From Oscillospiraceae bacterium (GTDB taxonomy: Bacteria; Bacillota; Clostridia; Oscillospirales; CAG-272): a stretch of 64,000 nucleotides of DNA. Positions 35,298 to 45,209 of this stretch are shown piece after piece. The DNA lies in the NCBI GenBank assembly GCA_015064255.1, contig SVSP01000008.1, positions 1,352-65,351 of the forward strand. The letters run 5' to 3'. The translations under genes and the position numbers were made by a program. Below the pieces are notes generated by a model, which had not been told where the DNA came from, did not search any database, and saw only the letters and a list, made by a program, of their open reading frames with translations. How positions within the stretch are numbered: the first letter of the stretch is position 1; every line of letters starts with the position of its first letter.

Positions 35298-36548
35298 TTA
35301 ATAATTGTTTCGTATCTTTTTGCGTACTCCAAAGAAAACAGTGAGCGATGCGATCGAGATAACTATAACAGCACATATAACGTATATCGTAGGACTTACG
35401 TCGATATTTGATTTGAGTTCTTCCCAAAGCTCGTTTACAAGAGCAAGCTTTTGGCTGGTGAGATTAACGTAAGCAGTTGCGTTTACTCCGTCTGTGCCGT
35501 ACATTTTCTCGTAAGCGTCTTCCTTGATCTCGGACATATACTCTATATATTCTTCATTTTCAACAACTGTACGGTTGGGAGAAGCATAATAAGTATATTC
35601 GGCATTTGCAACGGCGATCTCTTCGCTCAGCATAAAGTTGATATACATTTCGGCAAGCTCTTTGTTGTGGCTCGTTTTCGGGATGCACATCGCATCAACG
35701 TAGAGGTTTGTTCCTTCTTTCGGATAGAAGAATTCAAGATCTTCGTTGTTTTCGTACATTGCAAGGAAGTCGCCGGCATAGTATGCAGCAATCGCGGCAG
35801 AGCCGTTTTCCATTTTGTTGAATATCTCGTCCATAACGTATCCCTGAACGAAATCTTTCTGCTCGAGGAGCTTTTTAAGGGCAAGTCGCCACTCGTCAAT
35901 GTCGTCTGTGTTTACGTCTATTCCGAGATAATACTGTGCTGTACCGAAGGCATCACGTGAATTGTTGAACTGAAGAATGTTGCCTTTGTAATCATCGTCC
36001 CACATCAGTGACCACGATCCGATGTCTTCATCATCGGGGTCTACCATAGTAGTGTTGTAAATTATTCCTATCATTCCGTAGAAATAGGGAACCGAATAAA
36101 TACTGCCTTTGTCGTAGTAATCATATTTTGCATCCTCGCCGTAAAATTCGGGAAGAATGTTCTCTATGTTGGGAATATTGCCGTAGTTGAGAGGCGCGAG
36201 CATATCCTCGGAGATAAGACGCTCTATCATATAGTCGGAGGGAACGATCACGTCATAGTTTACAGCTCCGCCGGAAAGCTTTGCGTACATATCCTCGTTT
36301 GAGGAGTAGGTGGAGTAGCTTACCTTGACACGTTTCCCGTAGGTTTCATAGTACCAATTTTCAAATTCTTTGTTGACGTTGAGCGTGCCCTCGGAGCCGT
36401 CCGAGATGTATTCACCCCAGTTATACACGTAAAGAGTGGTAACGTCGCTGCTTTCATCCTTTGAACAGGAAGAAAATACTGCGGTGAGCAAAAGAAGAGA
36501 GAGCAGAACAAGTGAGAAGATGAAAGTGCGTTTAATGAAAGTTTTCAT
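35298..36548 (-). CDS. potD: spermidine/putrescine ABC transporter substrate-binding lipoprotein, with an extra C-terminal TM helix
   Basis: Lipobox LTAVFSSCS and a PotD/PotF-like body. The ATG at 36548 overlaps the potC stop (ATGA). The C-terminus IYVICAVIVISIASLTVFFGVRKKIR is hydrophobic. Confidence 0.8.
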   Translation of the reverse strand: MKTFIKRTFIFSLVLLSLLLLTAVFSSCSKDESSDVTTLYVYNWGEYISDGSEGTLNVNKEFENWYYETYGKRVKVSYSTYSSNEDMYAKLSGGAVNYDVIVPSDYMIERLISEDMLAPLNYGNIPNIENILPEFYGEDAKYDYYDKGSIYSVPYFYGMIGIIYNTTMVDPDDEDIGSWSLMWDDDYKGNILQFNNSRDAFGTAQYYLGIDVNTDDIDEWRLALKKLLEQKDFVQGYVMDEIFNKMENGSAAIAAYYAGDFLAMYENNEDLEFFYPKEGTNLYVDAMCIPKTSHNKELAEMYINFMLSEEIAVANAEYTYYASPNRTVVENEEYIEYMSEIKEDAYEKMYGTDGVNATAYVNLTSQKLALVNELWEELKSNIDVSPTIYVICAVIVISIASLTVFFGVRKKIRNNY

Positions 36549-37372
36549 TTTGTTGCACCTCCTTTTCTTGCCGACTTGCTTCGTCTGTCCGAAATCGAGC
36601 CGGCGAAGTTGACTGCAAGCAGGATAACGAGTATTATTGCAACTATGAGTGCACAAAGTGCGTACATACTGAACTTGACGTTGTGAACTGTCTGGTTGTA
36701 AACGTAGAGAGGAAGTGTCTGGAAATTCGGAGAGCTTACGAAATGGCTGATTACGAAATCGTCAAGCGACATCGTAAATCCGAGCATAAGACCCGAAACT
36801 ATGCCGGGAATTATTTCGGGAAGCTCTACCGAGAAGAACGCGCGGGAAGGTGTGCAACCGAGGTCCTGAGCCGCTTCTGAAAGAGATTTGTCAAGCTGTG
36901 TGAATCTCGGAGCTACCGAAAGAAGAACGTAAGGGAGGTTAAAGGTCGTATGCGCTACGAGCATAGTGCCGAATCCCATAAAATTGTTTGCTTTTATAAA
37001 GGTTGCGACAGCAACGAAAAGAAGCATCATCGAAACACCGGTAACGATATCAGGGTTCATCATAGGAATATTCGTTACAGACTTTATAGAGCCTTTGATG
37101 ACTTTGCTTTTCATGTGATGAAGTCCGAGTGCCGCAAAGGTTCCTATTACGGTTGCGATAACAGAAGAGAGAACTGCAAGGATAAGCGAGTTTTTAAGCG
37201 CTGTTATAGCCGCTTCGTCGGCAAAAAGCTCCTTGTACCACGCAAAAGAGAAGGCAGTAAATTCATTCAGGCTTCCGCCGTCGTTGAATGAGAATATTAT
37301 AAGGACGGCGATAGGAGCGTAGAGAAGAGCAAAGATAAGAAAGATATATCCGCCCGAAAGAAATTTCTTCAT
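36545..37372 (-). CDS. potC: spermidine/putrescine ABC transporter permease
   Basis: 6 TM helices and an EAA-loop-like motif SLSEAAQDLGCTPSRAFF. Operon position supports the call. Confidence 0.85.
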   Translation of the reverse strand: MKKFLSGGYIFLIFALLYAPIAVLIIFSFNDGGSLNEFTAFSFAWYKELFADEAAITALKNSLILAVLSSVIATVIGTFAALGLHHMKSKVIKGSIKSVTNIPMMNPDIVTGVSMMLLFVAVATFIKANNFMGFGTMLVAHTTFNLPYVLLSVAPRFTQLDKSLSEAAQDLGCTPSRAFFSVELPEIIPGIVSGLMLGFTMSLDDFVISHFVSSPNFQTLPLYVYNQTVHNVKFSMYALCALIVAIILVILLAVNFAGSISDRRSKSARKGGATK

Positions 37373-38190
37373 ATTACGATACCTCCTTCATCGTCTGAAA
37401 ATTTGTTCATTATCCAAACGGAGATAAGAATGAGGATCATCATAACAAGAGAAATCGCGGCACCTACACCGTACGTGCTTGTGTTTTTAAACAGACGCTC
37501 GATAGTATCGCCTATGAGGTCTATCTTTCCGGCACCGAGCTTCTGTGAAATGTAGAACGTGCTTATAGAGGGAACGAATACCATTGTAATGCCCGATATA
37601 ACGCCAGAAGCTGTAAGGGGCATAATGACTTTTATCATAGTTTTTATCGGGTTACAGCCAAGGTCTGCCGCCGCTTCGATATAGCGATGGTCAAGCTTTG
37701 TCATCGCAGTAAATATCGGAAGCACCATATAGGGAAGGAAATCATAAACCATACCGAGTATGACACCGAAATCCGAGCCGACGATGTAAAGCTTGTCCAG
37801 ACCGATATTTTCAAGGAAAGTATTGAGAAGTCCGCCGTTATCAAGAAGTGCCATAAGAGCGTAGGTTCTTATAAGCAGGTTGCACCACATAGGAAGCATA
37901 ATAAGAACCATAAGAATCTTTTTCATCTTAGGACTTGTCTTCGACATAAAATATGCAAGCGGATAACCGATTAAAAGACATACGACGGTTGCGATAAGCG
38001 CAAAGGCAATAGAGAGAATAAATACGTTCGAATATCCCGAAAGGGAAGATATGTTGGAAAGTGAAAATTTTCCGCTTTCGTCCGTGAATGCGAAGTAGAG
38101 AACGAAAAGCATAGGAGCCACAATAAACATTACTGCCCACACAATGTGCGGAGCTGCAGCCATTTTCTGAAACAGAGATTTTCCTCTCAT
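37369..38190 (-). CDS. potB: spermidine/putrescine ABC transporter permease
   Basis: EAA-loop motif [15 protein letters not shown]. Start and stop overlap the neighbouring genes. Confidence 0.85.
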   Translation of the reverse strand: MRGKSLFQKMAAAPHIVWAVMFIVAPMLFVLYFAFTDESGKFSLSNISSLSGYSNVFILSIAFALIATVVCLLIGYPLAYFMSKTSPKMKKILMVLIMLPMWCNLLIRTYALMALLDNGGLLNTFLENIGLDKLYIVGSDFGVILGMVYDFLPYMVLPIFTAMTKLDHRYIEAAADLGCNPIKTMIKVIMPLTASGVISGITMVFVPSISTFYISQKLGAGKIDLIGDTIERLFKNTSTYGVGAAISLVMMILILISVWIMNKFSDDEGGIVI

Positions 38191-39344
38191 TCGTCATCGT
38201 CCTCCTCATCCCCGGGTTCTGTGGGGTCGGAAAGCATATCAAGCTCGTCAGAGAAGGAGGAGTAGTCACCGAACATATCCGAAAATTCGGACTTGTTCAT
38301 TATGTGAATAGCATCAGGCTCAATGTAAAGACCTATGTGCTCACCCTCTGCAACGAAATCTGTGGTCTGTATCATCCATTTGAAGCCGTTTATGTCAACG
38401 ATTATTTCCCAGTGAACGCCCTTGAAGGTGACAGAGGTAACGGTACCCTCAAGCATTCCCTTGTCGGGAGTAACAACGTCAACGTCCTCGGGACGAACTA
38501 CGACGTCTATCGGCTGATTTTTCTCAAAGCCTTTGTCAACGCAGTCGAACGTGTGGCCCGAGAAGCGTACCTTATAGTCGGAGAGCATAATTCCGTCAAC
38601 GATATTACTTTCTCCGATAAAGTCAGCAACAAATGCGTTTTCGGGCTCGTTATATATATCGGTAGGAGAGCCAATCTGCTGTATCTGTCCATTTTCCATA
38701 ACAACGACCGTGTCGGACATAGAGAGGGCTTCTTCCTGATCGTGTGTGACGTAGATGAAGGTTATACCGGTTTTCGTCTGAATGTTTTTAAGTTCATTCT
38801 GCATATCTTTTCTGAGCTTCAAGTCAAGCGCACCGAGAGGCTCGTCAAGCAGAAGAACGCGGGGCTTGTTGACAAGAGCGCGCGCAATAGCGACACGCTG
38901 CTGCTGACCTCCCGACAGAGTATTTACACGGCGGCGTTCAAAACCCTTAAGATTTACAAGAGCGAGCATTTCCTTAACGCTTTCTCTTATAACGTCTTCG
39001 CTTTCTTTACGGAGGCGAAGACCGAATGCAATATTCTCAAAAACGTTGAGATGCGGGAAAAGTGCATATTTCTGGAATACCGTATTGATATGGCGTTTGT
39101 ACGGAGGGACGTCGTTGATAAGGGCACCGTCGAAATAAACGTTACCTTCATCCGGCTCTTCAAAACCGCCTATAATACGAAGAGTTGTGGTCTTACCGCA
39201 GCCGGACGGACCGAGAAGTGTCAGAAATTCATTGTCGTGAATTTCAAGACTTACGCCGTTAAGGACTCTTTCTCCGTCAAAACTTTTGGTCAAATTTTCG
39301 AGTTTAATAATTACGTTTGAATCCGGTACAAGATTGTCTTTCAT
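38187..39344 (-). CDS. potA: spermidine/putrescine ABC transporter ATP-binding protein
   Basis: Walker [10 protein letters not shown], signature LSGGQQQR, Walker B LLLDEP. It also has an acidic C-terminal tail. Confidence 0.9.
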   Translation of the reverse strand: MKDNLVPDSNVIIKLENLTKSFDGERVLNGVSLEIHDNEFLTLLGPSGCGKTTTLRIIGGFEEPDEGNVYFDGALINDVPPYKRHINTVFQKYALFPHLNVFENIAFGLRLRKESEDVIRESVKEMLALVNLKGFERRRVNTLSGGQQQRVAIARALVNKPRVLLLDEPLGALDLKLRKDMQNELKNIQTKTGITFIYVTHDQEEALSMSDTVVVMENGQIQQIGSPTDIYNEPENAFVADFIGESNIVDGIMLSDYKVRFSGHTFDCVDKGFEKNQPIDVVVRPEDVDVVTPDKGMLEGTVTSVTFKGVHWEIIVDINGFKWMIQTTDFVAEGEHIGLYIEPDAIHIMNKSEFSDMFGDYSSFSDELDMLSDPTEPGDEEDDDE

Positions 39345-39517
39345 TCTACCTCATACTACCTCCGTGGGATTGTTATTTTGCTTCGATTTACATAAAATAT
39401 TAAATTCAATATAAATACAGCATATTATAACAAATATTTATTTTAAATGCAATAGTTTTTAAAAAAATATATTGCCGCAGGAAAAAATATTGACATTTTT
39501 TTCGCTTTTTCTACATA

Positions 39518-39548
39518 ACAAAAAAACGGAAACTAAAAAGTTTCCGTT
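39518..39548 (-). terminator. intrinsic terminator after the LRR protein gene
   Basis: AACGGAAAC / GTTTCCGTT stem followed by a T7 run on the minus strand. Confidence 0.75.
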
Positions 39549-39576
39549 TCGGTTGAATTTTTATATGAAAGGACTA

Positions 39577-40887
39577 TTATTTTGTGCCGTTACAAATAAG
39601 CTCTGCATTTGTAAGCGCGGTATTTCCGGTAGCGATAGAGATGTTCTCAAAATACTTGTCCGTGCCGCCGTAATAAACGTTTTTGAGTGCATCGCAGTTT
39701 TTGAATGCTCCTGTATCTATACGGCTTACTGTCTTTGAAAGATTTACGCTTTCAAGGCTCGTGCAGGACAAAAAGCTGTATTTACCGACGTAAGCCACGT
39801 AATTTGTAAAAGTAAACGATTTAAGGGAAGTACAACCCGAAAAAGCATAGCTGTCGATACTGTCAACAGAGTCGGGAAGAGCTATCTCTTTAAGCGAGGT
39901 ACAGCCCACGAACATATTGGAAGATATAGTCTTGAGCGACTTTGAAAGCTCTACGCTTTCAAGAGAAGTACATCCGTCGAAGGTGTTGCTTCCGCATTCT
40001 TCGATAAAGTCGGACATTTTCACGCTTTTAAGCTTTGTGCAATCCTTAAATGCAGAGCGTGCGATAGTTTTTACAATTCTGTTTTCGAAAACGTCGGGAA
40101 TAACGAGATGACCGTCGCCCGTGTATTTGTCGGAGTAAAATTTGAGTTCGCCCTCTTCCGAAACATAAAACCAAGGAGCGCTGTCTTCGTCCATTACGGT
40201 AATGTCGTCGTAGGTAAGCGGTGCGATCTGATCGAGAACTTTTTGCTTTGCTATATAATCCTTGAGAAATATGTTATATGAAAGCAAAAAAACAAGAAAT
40301 ACCGAAAGCACGGCAATAGCAATAGAATATATCTTTATCTGTATTGCATCGGATTTTTTTCTTTTTTCTTCTCTTTCCTGTGCTTCTTCGAGAAGCCTCT
40401 GTTTTTTGGCTTCTTCTTCCTCGATTTTCAGAGCTGCCGCTTTTTCTTCGTACTTTACTGCAAGAAGTGTTGCATCTCTGTATCCGCCGATAGAACGTAA
40501 GATCGAAGCATTTTTGGAATAGCTCTCGCTCGTTTCTTCACAATGCGTAGCACGGCTGTATATTTTTTCGAGAAAATCAGAGTCGTAAGCCGAGAGAAGC
40601 TTGCGCTTTTCGTTTATTGCCTCTGCAATTTCCTCAAGCTCTTTCTTTCTGTCATCATCGGCGAATGTCAGAGCCTTGATATAGTCGTCGTTTTCGCTTA
40701 TTTCTGTTGAAGAGGCGGCAAGCATATCCTCGGAAGAAAGCTCAAGACTTGCAAGAAGCCTTCCGACGTACGCATCCGAAACAGTAGGGTCGCTTTGTAT
40801 AACATCTGTAAAAAAATCTTTAGCCTCGTCGAATTTTCCTTCTGCGAGAAGATCTTTTCCGATCTTTATATTGTTAGAATCGCTCAT
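39577..40887 (-). CDS. membrane-anchored protein: N-terminal TPR-like region, TM helix, C-terminal BspA-type leucine-rich repeats
   Basis: Repeats of the form FxxCTSLxSVxLxxSVxxI (CTKLKSV, CTSLESV, CTSLKEI, CTSLKSF, CTSLESV). Confidence 0.7.
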   Translation of the reverse strand: MSDSNNIKIGKDLLAEGKFDEAKDFFTDVIQSDPTVSDAYVGRLLASLELSSEDMLAASSTEISENDDYIKALTFADDDRKKELEEIAEAINEKRKLLSAYDSDFLEKIYSRATHCEETSESYSKNASILRSIGGYRDATLLAVKYEEKAAALKIEEEEAKKQRLLEEAQEREEKRKKSDAIQIKIYSIAIAVLSVFLVFLLSYNIFLKDYIAKQKVLDQIAPLTYDDITVMDEDSAPWFYVSEEGELKFYSDKYTGDGHLVIPDVFENRIVKTIARSAFKDCTKLKSVKMSDFIEECGSNTFDGCTSLESVELSKSLKTISSNMFVGCTSLKEIALPDSVDSIDSYAFSGCTSLKSFTFTNYVAYVGKYSFLSCTSLESVNLSKTVSRIDTGAFKNCDALKNVYYGGTDKYFENISIATGNTALTNAELICNGTK

Positions 40888-41090
40888 TTTGTTTGTCCTT
40901 TCGGAATACTGAATTTCCAGATTAAATCGATATAATTATACAACCCGCAAAAGAGTTTTGTCAAGCATATTTTGTTAACATAAGAAAAATGAATATAAAA
41001 TATATATTTCGGACAAAAGAATAAAATTAACAAAAAAGTGTTGCATTATCAGAATAAAACGCTATAATAAAAATAAGAATAAGTGAAGGA

Positions 41091-41693
41091 GTGATATCTG
41101 TGTCGAAAAAAGCCAGAGCGCGCTTTATATTTTTTGTGTTTGCGTCGTTTACTTTGGCGCTTATTATCTCGATAATATATGGGGCGTGCTTTTTTATATC
41201 ACTTCGCACGTTCAAAAAGGACGATACCGTAGAACGGTATAAGCTTTATTCGGGGTACGTTGATGCAAGTAAGACGACCAAAAACGTTTACAGTGAGGAT
41301 ATAATTCGCGGCGGCGTTATGTGCCTTGATTTTTCGGATATCGCAGAGTTTTGTGCGTTTACCGTAATCGGTGACGGTGACGATATAACATTTTATTTCA
41401 ATAACGGCGATAAAGATATTCTTGAAATCACAGTGGGACAAACTGTAGCTTACGTAAACGGAAATCCGATAAGTATGCCCGCCGCGGCGTATATGATAGA
41501 TGACGATATATATTTGCCGGTCGAATTTGTTTCAAGGTATATTGACGGAGTTACGTTTACATCTGACGATGAAAAGGAAACTATAAAAATAGAATATTCC
41601 GATACGGCAGAATGCTCTCTGCGCCTTAAAGCTCCGAGCAGTACTCCCCCGATAGACCCCGATACCTGGACAGATCCGAAACCGCGTACGTGA
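41091..41693 (+). CDS. membrane-anchored protein with a copper-amine-oxidase-N-terminal-like (stalk) domain
   Basis: TM helix and VAYVNGNPISMPAAAYMIDDDIYLPVEFVSRYI. The start may be the GTG at 41100 (AAGGAG plus 9 nt). Confidence 0.5.
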   Translation: MISVSKKARARFIFFVFASFTLALIISIIYGACFFISLRTFKKDDTVERYKLYSGYVDASKTTKNVYSEDIIRGGVMCLDFSDIAEFCAFTVIGDGDDITFYFNNGDKDILEITVGQTVAYVNGNPISMPAAAYMIDDDIYLPVEFVSRYIDGVTFTSDDEKETIKIEYSDTAECSLRLKAPSSTPPIDPDTWTDPKPRT

Positions 41694-41776
41694 AAACGAT
41701 ACGCCGAATCTTATAAAATCTTATAAAATAGCGTAAAGCTTTGCATAGAAGTTCAAATGAGAGGAAGTTGTTTAAA

Positions 41777-43465
41777 ATGAAAAAAGTAATAGGTGTTTTG
41801 ATAATATTTTTGCTTATTGCCACCCTTGCACTTGTGGTAACGGGAATATATAAGATACTTAATATCTCAAATGATATTCACTATGAAGATCCCGATAAAA
41901 CAGAAGAGCCCGGTAACGAAAACCCCGGTGACGAAAACCCCGGTGACGAAAACCCCGGTAACGGTACGGAAGAAAATCCGAACGATAATCCGGGAAGCGG
42001 CACGGAAGAAAATCCCAACGATAAACCCGATGATAAGCCGGTAGGAACAGATCCCGAGCCCGAAATCGAGTACGGTACGGCTGCCGACGTAGTTGTTTCT
42101 ATGGATATTCCCGAAAATGAAAGAAACAAACATATGCTTTCTCTTGAATTTGATGAGATAATTTCAACTTCCGCACAGACCGTTAAGGTGAAGCTCTATT
42201 TCGGATCGTTTATTAAGCTTGACAGCATAGAAAATGCGGAAAACGCTACCGTTGAGCTTCTTCTGACAAACGAAGAGGGTGACAGGATCGTTATTGCCGA
42301 GATACCCGCAAAGGATTTTTATTCGGATAAATATGTATGCGTTCAGGAACACGTAGAAGACACGGTTGTGGGTGTTCGCTTCAAGAGAGTAATAGAGATT
42401 TCCGTTCCTATGAAGTTTATAACGACAGATAAGGGAATGCTTACCTTTACCGCAGTACGCTATAATAAAGACGCTGAAAGCGGTATGGAAACGCTTGAAG
42501 AAAGCAGTAACGCTTTTATTTGGTTTAATAAGAAAGACGAAGTGTATGAGCTTTCCGATGAAAAGGAAACGACCATTATATACAGCTATGAATATCAGAC
42601 CGATATATCTGACTATATAGGCTATATCGAACCGACAGGCGACCTTTGGAGCGACAATTATCTTCTTCTCGTAAATCCGTGGAATTCTATCGAGAAGAAT
42701 GAGGAGCTTACTATAGATAAGGTCTCGCAGCAGTCAGCTATGAGCAGTGTAAAGAGCGAGTATAACTACTATTATCTGCCCAATATAAAGCTTAATACTA
42801 CAGCACTTAAAGCACTTACCGCTATGTTTAAGGAAGCTGTCGAATCTACAGATCTTGAGGTCAAAAATCTTCAGGTAACAAGCTCGTACAGGAACTACGC
42901 AACGCAGGAATCCATATTCAACAGCAACGTAAAAAAGACGAAGAAGTACGTTTGTAACGATGAAGAGTGCGGATTTACCTATATAACGAAGTATTCCTAT
43001 TCAAAGTGCCAGAAGTGCAAGGGCGCTGTTACAAGCGTTGCAATTACTAAGGAAGAGGCGGAGGAAAACGTAAAGACCTACTCGTGCGCTCCCGGCACAA
43101 GTGAGCATCAGACAGGACTTGCCGTTGATATAATAGATACCGCGTATAATCTCGATCTGCTTGAAGGATTCAAGGATACCGAGGCGGGGAAATGGCTTGC
43201 CGAAAATTGCGCGCGTTTCGGATTTGTTCTCAGATTCGAAGAAGAGAAGGAAGACGTTACGGGAATAATTTATGAGCCCTGGCACTTCAGATACGTCGGA
43301 AGATATCACGCAACACGTATGACAGAGCTTGATATGTGCCTTGAAGAATATATCGAGTTTCTCACAGAAGAAGGTTATTTCGACGATCCGACTTCCGTTC
43401 ATAATCCTGCCAATATGACGGTAGACCCCGAAACCTACCTTATCGTAGGCGAAACTAAAAAATAA
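41777..43465 (+). CDS. membrane-anchored D-alanyl-D-alanine carboxypeptidase (VanY / peptidase M15B family)
   Basis: SSYRNYATQESIF, APGTSEHQTGLAVDI and EPWHFRYVG. The preferred start is the ATG at 41777 (MKKVIGVL...). Confidence 0.8.
   Translation: MKKVIGVLIIFLLIATLALVVTGIYKILNISNDIHYEDPDKTEEPGNENPGDENPGDENPGNGTEENPNDNPGSGTEENPNDKPDDKPVGTDPEPEIEYGTAADVVVSMDIPENERNKHMLSLEFDEIISTSAQTVKVKLYFGSFIKLDSIENAENATVELLLTNEEGDRIVIAEIPAKDFYSDKYVCVQEHVEDTVVGVRFKRVIEISVPMKFITTDKGMLTFTAVRYNKDAESGMETLEESSNAFIWFNKKDEVYELSDEKETTIIYSYEYQTDISDYIGYIEPTGDLWSDNYLLLVNPWNSIEKNEELTIDKVSQQSAMSSVKSEYNYYYLPNIKLNTTALKALTAMFKEAVESTDLEVKNLQVTSSYRNYATQESIFNSNVKKTKKYVCNDEECGFTYITKYSYSKCQKCKGAVTSVAITKEEAEENVKTYSCAPGTSEHQTGLAVDIIDTAYNLDLLEGFKDTEAGKWLAENCARFGFVLRFEEEKEDVTGIIYEPWHFRYVGRYHATRMTELDMCLEEYIEFLTEEGYFDDPTSVHNPANMTVDPETYLIVGETKK
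41909..41964 (+). repeat. in-frame 15-bp tandem repeat (CCCGGTRACGAAAAC, about 3.7 copies) encoding (PGDEN)n
   Basis: Read directly. It lies in the linker of the VanY-family protein. Confidence 0.85.
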
Positions 43466-43555
43466 TATAAACCGATGACGCAGAAATTGTACAGCTTATT
43501 ACGTTTTTGTGCGAAACGCACAGATATTTGTTTTAGATTTTGTTGAAAAAGCATA

Positions 43556-43585
43556 TTGCCTTTTTGCGAAAATAATGGTATAATT
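43556..43585 (+). promoter_or_regulatory. promoter of tRNA-Glu (TTGCCT-N18-TGgTATAAT)
   Basis: Consensus extended -10, 13 nt upstream of the tRNA 5' end. Confidence 0.55.
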
Positions 43586-43598
43586 TCTGCGTCGATGA

Positions 43599-43670
43599 GG
43601 CCTGTTGGTCAAGAGGCTAAGACGCCGCCCTCTCACGGCGGAAACAGGGGTTCGATTCCCCTACGGGTCA
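43599..43670 (+). tRNA. tRNA-Glu (anticodon CTC)
   Basis: Close to Bacillus tRNA-Glu (GGCCYGTTGGTCAAG...GCCGCCCTCTCACGGCGG...GGTTCGATTCCCCTACGGGTCA). Anticodon loop CTCTCAC. No CCA is encoded. Confidence 0.85.
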
Positions 43671-43677
43671 TCGTAGC

Positions 43678-43708
43678 CGACCGCGCTGAAACAGCGCGGT
43701 CGTTTTTT
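43678..43708 (+). terminator. intrinsic terminator after tRNA-Glu
   Basis: An 11-bp GC-rich stem (CGACCGCGCTG / CAGCGCGGTCG) followed by a T6 run. Confidence 0.85.
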
Positions 43709-43749
43709 GTTTATTAACCGATTTTTCTGAAAGTAAAGGAGTAAGTAAA

Positions 43750-45003
43750 ATGATCTTTAATGAAAAAGCAAATGCGATAGTCGGTCAATCCGGAGGTCCC
43801 ACAACCGCAATAAACGCAACTCTTGCAGGCGTAATATCGGCGGCAGTGGATTCCGATAAAATAGAGGTTATCTACGGCGCAAGAAACGGCGTTGAGGGTA
43901 TGCTCCGCGACGATATAATAAATCTCAGCGAAATTTTCGATTGCGAAGAGAAAGAAGATAAGCTTAAAAGACTTTCTGCAACTCCTGCGGCGGCACTCGG
44001 CTCTTGCCGTTTGAAGCTTCCCAAAACGGAAGATGCGGAAAATAACGAAAAATATATAAAGCTTTTCGACTTCTTCAAGAAAAACAATATCAGATACTTC
44101 TTCTATATCGGCGGCAACGATTCTATGGATACCGTGTCGAAGCTTTCGTCGGTATGTAAATATTTTAGTTGGGATATGAATTTTGTAGGCGTTCCCAAGA
44201 CGATCGATAATGACCTCGCGGTAACAGACCATACTCCCGGATACGGCTCGGCGGCAAAGTTTATCGCAACGGTAATCAGCGAAATGCTCTGCGATACCGC
44301 CGTATATACTGTTAAAGCGGTAACTATCGTTGAAATTATGGGTAGAGATACAGGCTGGCTTACAGCGGCTTCGGCTCTTGCGTCTGCTAATACAGGTGTT
44401 GCTCCCGACTATATATACCTTCCCGAGAGAAATTTTGATTACGATGAATTCTTTGCGGATATTGAAAAAGCGTTCAAAAAGCATCCGAACGTTCTTATCG
44501 CGGTTTCCGAAGGGCTTCATTTTGCTGACGGACGCCTCGTCGGAGAAGGCAAGCAGAGTGGTGCAACAGACGTTTTCGGTCATAAATACCTCGAAGGAAC
44601 AGGTAAAGCGCTTGAAGGTGCTGTCAAGGAACACTTCGGCTGTAAGGTGCGCTCTGTTGAGCTTAACCTTCCGCAGAGATGCGCGGCACATATTGCGTCA
44701 AAGACAGATATCGACGAGAGCTTCGGCGTTGGAAGCGCGGCGGTTTGCGCATCTGTTTCGGGCGAAAGTGACTGTATGATGTGCATTATCAGAAATGACG
44801 GGGAAGAGTACAGCGTAAGATACACACCCGTAAGCGTTTCACAGGTTGCAAATAAGGTAAAATACGTTCCGAACGACTTTATAAACGAGGCGGGAAACGG
44901 TATTACGGAGAAGGCAATAGACTATATGCTGCCTCTTGTTAACGGTGAAGCACCATATTATACGAAGAACGGCTTGCCCGAATTCTTTACTTTATCGTTC
45001 TAA
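43750..45003 (+). CDS. 6-phosphofructokinase, probably pyrophosphate-dependent (PfkA family)
   Basis: GGNDSMDT and PKTIDNDL have Asp/Lys at the positions that distinguish PPi-type from ATP-type (GGDGS / PGTIDND). Also MGRDTGWL. Confidence 0.8.
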   Translation: MIFNEKANAIVGQSGGPTTAINATLAGVISAAVDSDKIEVIYGARNGVEGMLRDDIINLSEIFDCEEKEDKLKRLSATPAAALGSCRLKLPKTEDAENNEKYIKLFDFFKKNNIRYFFYIGGNDSMDTVSKLSSVCKYFSWDMNFVGVPKTIDNDLAVTDHTPGYGSAAKFIATVISEMLCDTAVYTVKAVTIVEIMGRDTGWLTAASALASANTGVAPDYIYLPERNFDYDEFFADIEKAFKKHPNVLIAVSEGLHFADGRLVGEGKQSGATDVFGHKYLEGTGKALEGAVKEHFGCKVRSVELNLPQRCAAHIASKTDIDESFGVGSAAVCASVSGESDCMMCIIRNDGEEYSVRYTPVSVSQVANKVKYVPNDFINEAGNGITEKAIDYMLPLVNGEAPYYTKNGLPEFFTLSF

Positions 45004-45033
45004 ACCATCAAATTAGCTTAATAGTAAATTATA

Positions 45034-45076
45034 AAGAAAAGATTGTTTGTTAAAACATACAATCTTTTCTTTTTTA
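45034..45076 (+). terminator. intrinsic terminator
   Basis: A 13-bp stem (AAGAAAAGATTGT / ACAATCTTTTCTT) running into a T-run. Confidence 0.75.
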
Positions 45077-45089
45077 TATTGACAAACTA

Positions 45090-45118
45090 TTGACAAAGAA
45101 GTTGAAAAAATATATAAT
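45090..45118 (+). promoter_or_regulatory. serC-serA promoter (TTGACA-N17-TATAAT)
   Basis: Both hexamers match consensus. A second TTGACA lies 11 nt upstream. Confidence 0.65.
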
Positions 45119-45209
45119 AGATGAAAAGTTTATTTTGCCGTATCGAAATTAAAATAAGAATATGATACGGTAGGCATATAAATGCCAACAAGAAAGGATG
45201 ATTTTATTT

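Noticed and set aside
41909-41964. Short tandem repeats as a possible CRISPR or minisatellite locus.
   Set aside because: The units are 15 bp, contiguous with no spacers, and in frame within the VanY-family CDS. It is a coding linker repeat, not a CRISPR array.
45119-45209. Possible T-box or riboswitch in the serC leader, and upstream of glyQS.
   Set aside because: The serC leader is only about 85 nt with two small hairpins and no terminator/antiterminator pair. glyQS starts 35 nt after the preceding gene. Neither leaves room for a T-box.
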